From contig OZ024741.1 in NCBI GenBank assembly GCA_964016885.1, forward strand, positions 72,106,001 through 72,170,000: a stretch of 64,000 nucleotides of DNA, given 5' to 3'. This DNA comes from Eledone cirrhosa (taxonomy: Eukaryota). The position numbers and the translations under genes are program-made. Of this stretch, positions 1 to 11,600 are shown one piece after another (the first letter of the stretch is position 1; each line of letters begins with the position of its first letter). A model generated the notes under the pieces. It was not told the origin of the DNA. It saw only the letters and a program-made list of their open reading frames with translations, and made no database searches.

Positions 1-2605
1 TAGTGACTTGATTGACTGAGAGAGGCAGTGTTTTTATGGTGGTGTTGTAGGGCCTTGATTGACTGGGAGAGAGTGTTTTTATGGTGGTGTTGTAGTGTCT
101 TGATTGACTGGGAGATACAGTGTTTTTATGGTGGTGTTGTAGTGTCTTCATTGACTGGGAGAGACAGTGTTATTATGGTGGTGTTGGAGTGTCTTGATTG
201 ACTTGGAGATACAGTGTTTTTATGGTGGTGTTGTAGTGTCTTGATTGACTGGGAGAGACAGTGTTTTTATGGTGGTGTTGTAGTGTCTTGATTGACTGGG
301 AGAGAGTGATTTTATGGTGATGTTGTAGTGTCTTGATTGACTGGGAGATACAGTGTTTTTATGGTGGTGTTGTAGTGTCTTGATTGACTGGGAGAGGAAA
401 TGTTTTTATGGTGGTGTTGTAGTGTCTTGATTGACTGGGAGAGACAGTGTTTTTATGGTGGTGTTGTAGTGTCTTGATTGACTGGGAGAGACAGTGTTTT
501 TATGGGGGTGTTGTAGTGTCTTGATTGACTGGGAGAGGCAGTGTTTTTATGGTGGTGTTGTAGTGTTTGGATTGACTGGGAGAGACAGTGTTTTTATGGT
601 GGTGTTGTAGTGTTTGGAATGACTGGGAGAGACAGTGTTTTTATGGTGGTGTTGTAGTGTCTTGATTGACTGGGAGAGAGTGTTTTTATGGTGATGTTGT
701 AGTGTCTTGATTGACTGGGAGATACAGTGTTTTTATGGTGGTGTTGTAGTGTCTTGATTGACTGGGAGAGGAAATGTTTTTATGGTGATGTTGTAGTGTC
801 TTGATTGACTGGGAGATACAGTGTTTTTATGGTGGTGTTGTAGTGTCTTGATTGACTGGGAGAGGAAATGTTTTTATGGTGGTGTTGTAGTGTCTTGATT
901 GACTGGGAGAGACAGTGTTTTTATGGTGGTGTTGTAGTGTCTTGATTGACTGGGAGAGACAGTGTTTTTATGGGGGTGTTGTAGTGTCTTGATTTACTGG
1001 GAGAGGCAGTGTTTTTCTGGTGGTGTTGTAGTGTTTGGATTGACTGGGATAGACAGTGTTTTTATGGTGGTGTTGTAGTGTTTGGAATGACTGGGAGAGA
1101 CAGTGTTTTTATGGTGGTGTTGTAGATTCTTGATTGACTGGGAGAGACAGTGTTTTTATGGTGGTGTTGTAGTGTCTTGATTGACTGGGAGAGACAGTGT
1201 TTTTATGGTGGTGTTGTAGTGCCTTGATTGACTGGGAGAGACAGTGTTTTTATGGTGGTGTTGTAGTGTCTTGATTGACTGGGAGAGACAGTGTTTTTAT
1301 GGTGGTGTTGTAGTGTCTTGATTGACTGAGAGAGGCAGTGTTTTTATGGTGGTGTTTTAGTGCCTTGATTGACTGGGAGAGAGTGTTTTTATGGTGGTGT
1401 TGTAGTTTCTTGATTGACTGAGAGAGGCAGTGTTTTTATGGTGGTGCTGTAGTGACTTGATTGACTGAGAGAGGCAGTGTTTTTATGGTGGTGTTGTAGG
1501 GCCTTGATTGACTGGGAGAGAGTGTTTTTATGGTGGTGTTGTAGTGTCTTGATTGACTGGGAGATACAGTGTTTTTATGGTGGTGTTGTAGTGTCTTCAT
1601 TGACTGGGAGAGACAGTGTTATTATGGTGGTGTTGGAGTGTCTTGATTGACTTGGAGATACAGTGTTTTTATGGTGGTGTTGTAGTGTCTTGATTGACTG
1701 GGAGAGACAGTGTTTTTATGGTGGTGTTGTAGTGTCTTGATTGACTGGGAGAGAGTGATTTTATGGTGATGTTGTAGTGTCTTGATTGACTGGGAGATAC
1801 AGTGTTTTTATGGTGGTGTTGTAGTGTCTTGATTGACTGGGAGAGGAAATGTTTTTATGGTGGTGTTGTAGTGTCTTGATTGACTGGGAGAGACAGTGTT
1901 TTTATGGTGGTGTTGTAGTGTCTTGATTGACTGGGAGAGACAGTGTTTTTATGGGGGTGTTGTAGTGTCTTGATTGACTGGGAGAGGCAGTGTTTTTATG
2001 GTGGTGTTGTAGTGTTTGGATTGACTGGGAGAGACAGTGTTTTTATGGTGGTGTTGTAGTGTTTGGAATGACTGGGAGAGACAGTGTTTTTATGGTGGTG
2101 TTGTAGTGTCTTGATTGACTGGGAGAGAGTGTTTTTATGGTGATGTTGTAGTGTCTTGATTGACTGGGAGATACAGTGTTTTTATGGTGGTGTTGTAGTG
2201 TCTTGATTGACTGGGAGAGGAAATGTTTTTATGGTGATGTTGTAGTGTCTTGATTGACTGGGATACAGTGTTTTTATGGTGGTGTTGTAGTGTCTTGATT
2301 GACTGGGAGAGGAAATGTTTTTATGGTGGTGTTGTAGTGTCTTGATTGACTGGGAGAGACAGTGTTTTTATGGTGGTGTTGTAGTGTCTTGATTGACTGG
2401 GAGAGACAGTGTTTTTATGGGGGTGTTGTAGTGTCTTGATTTACTGGGAGAGGCAGTGTTTTTCTGGTGGTGTTGTAGTGTTTGGATTGACTGGGATAGA
2501 CAGTGTTTTTATGGTGGTGTTGTAGTGTTTGGAATGACTGGGAGAGACAGTGTTTTTATGGTGGTGTTGTAGATTCTTGATTGACTGGGAGAGACAGTGT
2601 TTTTA
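1..2605 (+). repeat. Variant domain A with a 1449-bp tandem duplication (about 31 monomers, second copy partial)
   Basis: Marker GGCCTTG lies at 51 and 1500 (offset 1449). AGATTCT lies at 1124 and 2571 (offset 1447, after a 2-bp deletion near 2261). Domain-specific variants include GAGATACA, GAGGAAATG, ATGGGGGTG, TTTGGATTG and TTTGGAATG. Confidence 0.9.
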
Positions 2606-5600
2606 TGGTAGTGTTGTAGTGTCTTGATTGACTGGGAGAGGCAGTGTTTTTATGGTGGTGTTGTAGTGTCTTGATTGACTGGGAGAGACCATGTTTTTAT
2701 GGTGGTGTTGTAGTGTCTTGATTGACTGGGAGAGACCGTGTTTTTATGGGGTGTTGTCGTGTCTTGATTGACTGGGAGAGACAGTGTTTTTATTGTGGTG
2801 TTGTAGTGTCTTGATTAACTCGAAGAGACAGTGTTTTTATGGTGGTGTTGTAGTGTCTTGATTTACTGGGAGAGGCAGTGTTTTTATGGCGGTGTTGTAG
2901 TTTCTTGATTGACTGGGAGAGACAGTGTTTTTATGGTGGTGTTGTAGACTCTTGATTGACTGGGAGAGAGTGTTTTTATGGTGGTATTGTAGTGTCTTGA
3001 TTGACTGGGAGAGAGAATGTTTTCATGGTGGTGTTGTAGTGTCTTAATTGAATGGGAGAGTGTGTTTTTATGGTGGTGTTGTAGTGTCTTGATTTACTGG
3101 GAGAGGCAGTGTTTTTATTGCGGTGTTGTAGTTTCTTGATTGACTGGGAGAGACAGTGTTTTTATGGTGGTGTTGTAGACTCTTGATTGACTGGGAGAGA
3201 GTGTTTTTATGGTGGTATTGTAGTGTCTTGATTGACTGGGAGAGAGAATATTTTTATGGTGGTGTTGTAGTGTCTTAATTGAATGGGAGAGTGTGTTTTT
3301 ATGGTGCTGTTGTAGTGTCTTGATTGACTGGGAGAGACAGTGTTTTTATGGTGGTGGTGTAGAGTCTTGATTGACTGGGAGAAAGTGTTTTTATGGTGGT
3401 GTTGTAGAGTATTGATTGACTGGGAGAGACAGTGTTTTTATGGTGGTGTTGTAGTGTCTTGATTGACTGGGAGAGACAGTGTTTTTATGGTGGTGGTGTT
3501 GAGTCTTGAATTACTGGGAGAGACAGTGTTTTTATGGTGGTGTTGTAGTGTCTTGATTGACTCGAAGAGACAGTGTTTTTATGGTGGTGTTGTAGTGTCT
3601 TGATTTACTGGGAGAGACAGTGTTTTTATGGCGGTGTTGTAGTTTCTTGATTGACTGGGAGAGACAGTGTTTTTATGGTGGTGTTGTAGACTCTTGATTG
3701 ACGGGGAGAGAGTGTTTTTATGGTGGTATTGTAGTGTCTTGATTGACTGGGAGAGAGAGTGTTTTTATGGCGGTGTTGTAGTGTCTTAATTGAATGGGAG
3801 AGTGTGTTTTTATGGTGGTATTGTAGTGTCTTGATTGACTGGGAGAGACACTGTTTTTATGGTGGTGTTGTAATGTCTTAATTGAATGGGAGAGTGTGTT
3901 TTTATGGTGGTTTTGTAGTGTCTTGATTGACTGGGAGAGAGTGTTTTTATGGTGGTGTTGGAGTGTGTTGATTGACTCGGAGAGAGAGTTTTTGTATGGT
4001 GCTGTTGTATTGACTTGATTGACTGGGAGAGACAGTGTTTTTATGGTGGTGTTGTAGTGTCTTGATTGACTGGGAGAGACACTGTTTTTATGGTGGTGTT
4101 GTTGTGTCTTGATTGACTCGAAGAGACAGTGTTTTTATGGTGGTGTTGTAGTGTCCTGATTTACTGGGAGAGGCAGTGTTTTTATGGCGGTGTTGTAGCG
4201 TCTTGATTGACTGGGAGAGGCAGTGTTTTTATGGTGGTGTTGTAGTTGCTTGAATGACTGGGAGAGACAGTGTTTTTATGGTGGTGTTGTAGTGTCTTGA
4301 TTGACTGGGAGAGACACTGTTTTTATGGTGGTGTTGTAGTTTCTTGATTGACTGGCAGAGACAGTGTTTTTATGGTGGTGTTGTAGTTTCTTGATTGACT
4401 GGGAGAGAGTGTTTTTATGGTGGTGTTGTAGTGTCTTGATTGACTGGGAGAGACAGTGTTTTTATGGTGGTGTTGTAGTGACGTGATTGACTGGGAGAGA
4501 CAGTGTTTTTATGGTGGTGTTGTTGTGTCTTGATTGACTGGTAGAGACAGTGTTTTTATTGTGGTGTTGTAGTGTCTTGATTGACTGGGAGAGAGTGTTT
4601 TTATGATGGTGTTGTAGAGTATTGATTGACTGGGAGAGACAGTGTTTTTATGGTGGTGTTGTAGTGTCTTGATTGACTGGGAGAGGCAGTGTTTTTATGG
4701 TGGTGTTGTAGTTGCTTGATTGACTGGGAGAGACAGTGTTTTTATTATGGTGGTGATGTAGTGTCTTGATTGACTGGGAAGGCAGTGTTTTTATGGTGGT
4801 GTGGTAGTGACTTGATTGACTGGGAGAGACACTGTTTTTATGGTGCTGTTGTTGTGTCTTGATTGACTGGGAGAGACAGTGTTTTTATGGTGGTGTTGTT
4901 TTGTCTTGATTGACTGGTAGAGACAGTGTTTTTATTGTGGTGTTGTAGTGTCTTGATTGAGTGGGAGAGACAGTGTTTTTATGGTGGTGGTGTAGAGTCT
5001 TGATTGACTGGGAGAGAGTGTTTTTATGGTGGTGTTGTTGTATCTTAATTTACTGGGAGAGGCAGTGTTTTTATGGCGGTGTCGTGATTTCTTGATTGAC
5101 TGGGAGAGACAGTGTTTTTATGGTGGTGCTGTAGTGTCTTGATTGACTGGGAGAGGCAGTGTTTTTATGGTGGTGTTGTAGTTGCTTGATTGACTGGGAG
5201 AGACAGTGTTTTTATGGTGGTGTTGTAGTGTCTTGATTGACTGGGAGAGACAGTGTTTTTATGGTTGTGTTGTAGTGACTTGATTGACTGGGAGAGACAG
5301 TGTTTTTATGGTGGTTTTGTAGTGTCTTGATTGACTGGGAGAGACAGTGTTTTTATGGTGGTGTTGTTGTGTCTTGATTGACTGGGAGAGACAGTGTTTT
5401 TATTGTGGTGTTGTAGTGTCTTGATTGACTGGGAGAGACACTGTTATTATGGTGGTGTTGTTGTGTCTTGATTGACTCGAAGAGACAGTGTTTTTATGGT
5501 GGTGTTGTAGTGTCCTGATTTACTGGGAGAGGCAGTGTTTTTATGGCAGTGTTGTAGTGTCTTGATTGACTGGGAGAGGCAGTGTTTTTATGGTGGTGTT

Positions 5601-8600
5601 GTAGTTGCTTGAATGACTGGGAGAGACAGTGTTTTTATGGTGGTGTTGTAGTGTCTTGATTGACTGGGAGAGACACTGTTTTTATGGTGGTGTTGTAGTT
5701 TCTTGATTGACTGGGAGAGACAGTGTTTTTATGGTGGTGTTGTTGTGTCTTGATTGACTGGGAGAGACAGTGTTTTTATGGTGGTGTTGTAGTGTCTTGA
5801 TTGACTGGGAGGGCAGTGTTTTTATGGTGGTGTTGTAGTGTCTTGATTGACTGGGAGAGACAGTGTTTTTATGGTGGTGTTGTAGTTGCTTGATTGACTG
5901 GGAGAGACAGTGTTTTTATTATGGTGGTGTTGTAGTGTCTTGATTGACTGGGAGAGACACTGTTTTTATGGTGGTGTTGTAGTTTCTTGATTGACTGGGA
6001 GAGAGTGTTTTTATGGTGGTGATGTAGTGTCTTGATTGACTGGGAAGGCAGTGTTTTTATGGTGGTGTGGTAGTGACTTGATTGACTGGGAAGGCAGTGT
6101 TTTTATGGTGGTGTGGTAGTGACTTGATTGACTGGGAGAGACAGTGTTTTTATGGTGGTGTTGTTGTGTCTTGATTGACTGGGAGAGACAGTGTTTTTAT
6201 GGTGGTGTTGTTTTATCTTGATTGACTGGTAGAGACAGTGTTTTTATTGTGGTGTTGTAGTGTCTTGATTGACTCGAAGAGACAGTGTTTTTATGGTGGT
6301 GTCGTTGTGTCTTAATTTACTGGGAGAGGCAGTGTTTTTATGGCGGTGTAGTAATTTCTTGATTGACTGGGAGAGACAGTGTTTTTATGGTGGTGCTGTA
6401 GTGTCTTGATTGACTGGGAGAGGCAGTGTTTTTATGGTGGTGTTGTAGTTGCTTGATTGACTGGGAGAGACAGTGTTTTTATGGTGGTGTTGTAGTGTCT
6501 TGATTGACTGGGAGAGACAGTGTTTTTATGGTTGTGTTGTAGTGACTTGATTGACTGGGAGAGACAGTGTTTTTATGGTGGTTTTGTAGTGTCTTGATTG
6601 ACTGGGAGAGACAGTGTTTTTATGGTGGTGTTGTTGTGTCTTGATTGACTGGGAGAGACAGTGTTTTTATGGTGGTGTTGTAGTGTCTTGATTTACTGGG
6701 AGAGGCAGTGTTTTTATGGCGGTGTTGTAGTTTCTTGATTGACCGGGAGAGACAGTGTTTTTATGGTGGTGTTGTAGACTCTTGATTGACTGGGAGAGAG
6801 TGTTTTTATGGTGGTATTGTAGTGTCTTGATTGACTGGGAGAGAGAATGTTTTTATGGTGGTGTTGTAGTGTCTTAATTGAATGGGAGAGTGTGTTTTTA
6901 TGGTGGTTTTGTAGTGTCTTGATTGACTGGGAGAGAGTGTTTTTATGGTGGTGTTGGAGTATCTTGATTGACTGGGAGAGACAGTGTTTTTATGGTGGTG
7001 TTGTTGTGTCTTGATTGACTGGGAGAGACAGTGTTTTTATGGTGGTGTTGTTGTGTCTTGATTGACTGGTAGAGACAGTTTTTTTATTGTGGTGTTGTAG
7101 TGTCTTGATTGACTCGAAGAGACAGTGTTTTTATGGTGGTGTTGTAGTGTCTTGATTTACTGGGAGAGGCAGTGTTTTTATGGCGGTGTTGTAGTGTCTT
7201 GATTGACTGGGAGAGACAGTGTTTTTATGGGGTGTTGTCGTGTCTTGATTGACTGGGAGAGACAGTGTTTTTATTGTGGTGTTGTAGTGTCTTGATTAAC
7301 TCGAAGAGACAGTGTTTTTATGGTGGTGTTGTAGTGTCTTGATTTACTGGGAGAGGCAGTGTTTTTATGGCGGTGTTGTAGTTTCTTGATTGACTGGGAG
7401 AGACAGTGTTTTTATGGTGGTGTTGTAGACTCTTGATTGACTGGGAGAGAGTGTTTTTATGGTGGTATTGTAGTGTCTTGAATGACTGGGAGAGAGAATG
7501 TTTTCATGGTGGTGTTGTAGTGTCTTAATTGAATGGGAGAGTGTGTTTTTATGGTGGTGTTGTAGTGTTTTAATTGAATGGGAGAGTGTGTTTTTATGGT
7601 GGTTTTGTAGTGTCTTGATTTACTGGGAGAGGCAGTGTTTTTATCGCGGTGTTGTAGTTTCTTGATTGACTGGGAGAGACAGTGTTTTTATGGTGGTGTT
7701 GTAGACTCTTGATTGACTGGGAGAGAGTGTTTTTATGGTGGTATTGTAGTGTCTTGATTGACTGGGAGAGAGAATATTTTTATGGTGGTGTTGTAGTGTC
7801 TTAATTGAATGGGAGAGTGTGTTTTTATGGTGCTGTGGTAGTGTCTTGATTGACTGGGAGAGACAGTGTTTTTATGGTGGTGGTGTAGAGTCTTGATTGA
7901 CTGGGAGAAAGTGTTTTTATGGTGGTGTTGTAGAGTATTGATTGACTGGGAGAGACAGTGTTTTTATGGTGGTGTTGTAGTGTCTTGATTGACTGGGAGA
8001 GACAGTGTTTTTATGGTGGTGTTGTAGTGTCTTGATTGACTCGAAGAGACAGTGTTTTTATGGTGGTGTTGTAGTGTCTTGATTTACTGGGAGAGGCAGT
8101 GTTTTTATGGCGGTGTTGTAGTTTCTTGATTGACTGGGAGAGACAGTGTTTTTATGGTGGTGTTGTAGACTCTTGATTGACGGGGAGAGAGTGTTTTTAT
8201 GGTGGTATTGTAGTGTCTTGATTGACTGGGAGAGAGAGTGTTTTTATGGCGGTGTTGTAGTGTCTTAATTGAATGGGAGAGTGTGTTTTTATGGTGGTAT
8301 TGTAGTGTCTTAATTGAATGGGAGAGTGTGTTTTTATGGTGGTATTGTAGTGTCTTGATTGACTGGGAGAGAGAATATTTTTATGGTGGTGTTGTAGTGT
8401 CTTAATTGAATGGGAGAGTGTGTTTTTATGGTGGTTTTGTAGTGTCTTGATTTACTGGGAGAGGCAGTGTTTTTATTGCGGTGTTGTAGTTTCTTGATTG
8501 ACTGGGAGAGACAGTGTTTTTATGGTGGTGTTGTAGACTCTTGATTGACTGGGAGAGAGTGTTTTTATGGTGGTATTGTAGTGTCTTGATTGACTGGGAG

Positions 8601-11600
8601 AGAGAATATTTTTATGGTGGTGTTGTAGTGTCTTAATTGAATGGGAGAGGGTGTTTTTATGGTGCTGTTGTAGTGTCTTGATTGACTGGGAGAGACAGTG
8701 TTTTTATGGTGGTGGTGTAGAGTCTTGATTGACTGGGAGAAAGTGTTTTTATGGTGGTGTTGTAGAGTATTGATTGACTGGGAGAGACAGTGTTTTTATG
8801 GTGGTGTTGTAGTGTCTTGAATGAATGGTAGAGACAGTGTTTTTATGGTGGTGTTGTAGTGTCTTGATTGACTCGAAGAGACAGTGTTTTTATGGTGGTG
8901 TTGTAGTGTCTTGATTTACTGGGAGAGGCAGTGTTTTTATGGCGGTGTTGTAGTTTCTTGATTGACTGGGAGAGAGTGTTTTTATGGTGGTATTGTAGTG
9001 TCTTGATTGACTGGGAGAGAGAGTGTTTTTATGGCGGTGTTGTAGTGTCTTAATTGAATGGGAGAGTGTGTTTTTATGGTGGTGTTGTAGACTTTTGATT
9101 GACTGGGAGAGAGTGTTTTTATGGTGGTATTGTAGTGTCTTGATTGACTGGGAGAGAGAGTGTTTTTATGGCGGTGTTGTAGTGTCTTAATTGAATGGGA
9201 GAGTGTGTTTTTATGGTGGTATTGTAGTGTCTTGATTGACTGGGAGAGAGAGTGTTTTTATGGTGGTGTTGTAGTGTCTTAATTGAATGGGAGAGTGTGT
9301 TTTTATGGTGCTTTTGTAGTGTCTTGATTGACTGGGAGAGAGTGTTTTTATGGTGGTGTTGGAGTGTCTTGATTGACTCGGAGAGAGAGTTTTTGTATGG
9401 TGGTGTTGTATTGACTTGATTGACTGGGAGAGACAGTGTTTTTATGGTGGTGTTGTAGTGTCTTGATTGACTGGGAGAGACAGTGTTTTTATGGTGGTGT
9501 TGTTGTGTCTTGATTGACTCGAAGAGACAGTGTTTTTATGGTGGTGTTGTAGTGTCCTGATTTACTGGGAGAGGCAGTGTTTTTATGGCGGTGTTGTAGT
9601 GTCTTGATTGACTGGGAGAGGCAGTGTTTTTATGGTGGTGTTGTAGTTGCTTGAATGACTGGGAGAGACAGTGTTTTTATGGTGGTGTTGTAGTGTCTTG
9701 ATTGACTGGGAGAGACACTGTTTTTATGGTGGTGTTGTAGTTTCTTGATTGACTGGCAGAGACAGTGTTTTTATGGTGGTGTTGTAGTTTCTTGATTGAC
9801 TGGGAGAGAGTGTTTTTATGGTTGTGTTGTAGTGTCTTGATTGACTGGGAGAGACAGTGTTTTTATGGTGGTGTTGTAGTGACTTGATTGACTGGGAGAG
9901 ACAGTGTTTTTATGGTGGTGTTGTTGTGTCTTGATTGACTGGTAGAGACAGTGTTTTTATTGTGGTGTTGTAGTGTCTTGATTGACTGGGAGAGAGTGTT
10001 TTTATGATGGTGTTGTAGAGTATTGATTGACTGGGAGAGGCAGTGTTTTTATGGTGGTGTTGTAGTTGCTTGATTGACTGGGAGAGACAGTGTTTTTATT
10101 ATGGTGGTGATGTAGTGTCTTGATTGACTGGGAAGGCAGTGTTTTTATGGTGGTGTGGTAGTGACTTGATTGACTGGGAGAGACACTGTTTTTATGGTGG
10201 TGTTGTTGTGTCTTGATTGACTGGGAGAGACAGTGTTTTTATGGTGGTGTTGTTTTGTCTTGATTGACTGGTAGAGACAGTGTTTTTATTGTGGTATTGT
10301 AGTGTCTTGATTGAGTGGGAGAGACAGTGTTTTTATGGTGGTGGTGTAGAGTCTTGATTGACTGGGAGAGAGTGTTTTTATGGTGGTGTTGTTGTGTCTT
10401 AATTTACTGGGAGAGGCAGTGTTTTTATGGCGGTGTCGTAATTTCTTGATTGACTGGGAGAGACAGTGTTTTTATGGTGGTGCTGTAGTGTCTTGATTGA
10501 CTGGGAGAGGCAGTGTTTTATGGTGGTGTTGTAGTTGCTTGATTGACTGGGAGAGACAGTGTTTTTATGGTGGTGTTGTAGTGTCTTGATTGACTGGGAG
10601 AGACAGTGTTTTTATGGTTGTGTTGTAGTGACTTGATTGACTGGGAGAGACAGTGTTTTTATGGTGGTTTTGTAGTGTCTTGATTGACTGGGAGAGACAG
10701 TGTTTTTATGGTGGTGTTGTAGTGTCTTGATTGACTGGGAGAGACAGTGTTTTTATTGTGGTGTTGTAGTGTCTTGATTAACTCGAAGAGACAGTGTTTT
10801 TATGGTGGTGTTGTAGTGTCTTGATTTACTGGGAGAGGCAGTGTTTGTATGGTGGTGTTGTAGACTCTTGATTGACTGGGAGAGAGTGTTTTTATGGTGG
10901 TATTGTAGTGTCTTGATTGACTGGGAGAGAGAATGTTTTTATGGTGGTGTTGTAGTGTCTTAATTGAATGGGAGAGTGTGTTTTTATGGTGGTTTTGTAG
11001 TGCCTTGATTGACTGGGAGAGAGTGTTTTTATGATGGTGTTGGAGTATCTTGATTGACTGGGAGAGAGAGTGTTTTTATGGTGGTGTTGTTGTGTCTTGA
11101 TTGACCGGGAGAGACAGTGTTTTTATGGTGGTGTTGTTGTGTCTTGATTGATTCGAAGAGACAGTGTTTTTATGGTGGTGTTGTAGTGTCCTGATTTACT
11201 GGGAGAGGCAGTGTTTTTATGGCGGTGTTGTAGTGTCTTGATTGACTGGGAGAGGCAGTGTTTTTATGGTTGTGTTCTAGTTGCTTGAATGACCGGGAGA
11301 GACACTGTTTTTATGGTGGTGTTGTAGTTTCTTGATTGACTGGCAGAGACAGTGTTTTTATGGTGGTGTTGTAGTTTCTTGATTGACTCGGAGAGAGTGT
11401 TTTTATGGTGGTGTTGTAGTGTCTTGATTGACTGGGAGAGACAGTGTTTTTATGGTGGTGTTGTAGTGACTTGATTGACTGGGAGAGACACTGTTTTTAT
11501 GGTGGTGTTGTTGTGTCTTGATTGACTGGGAGAGACAGTGTTTTTATGGTGGTGTTGTTTTGTCTTGATTGACTGGTAGAGACAGTGTTTTTATTGTGGT

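Noticed and set aside
3960-4090. V(D)J recombination signal-like motifs (GACAGTG/CACTGT heptamer-like; TGTTTTTAT/AGTTTTTGT nonamer-like)
   Set aside because: Spacing between nonamer-like and heptamer-like motifs is about 33 bp (or 8 bp), not 12 or 23, the matches are imperfect, and there are no gene segments.
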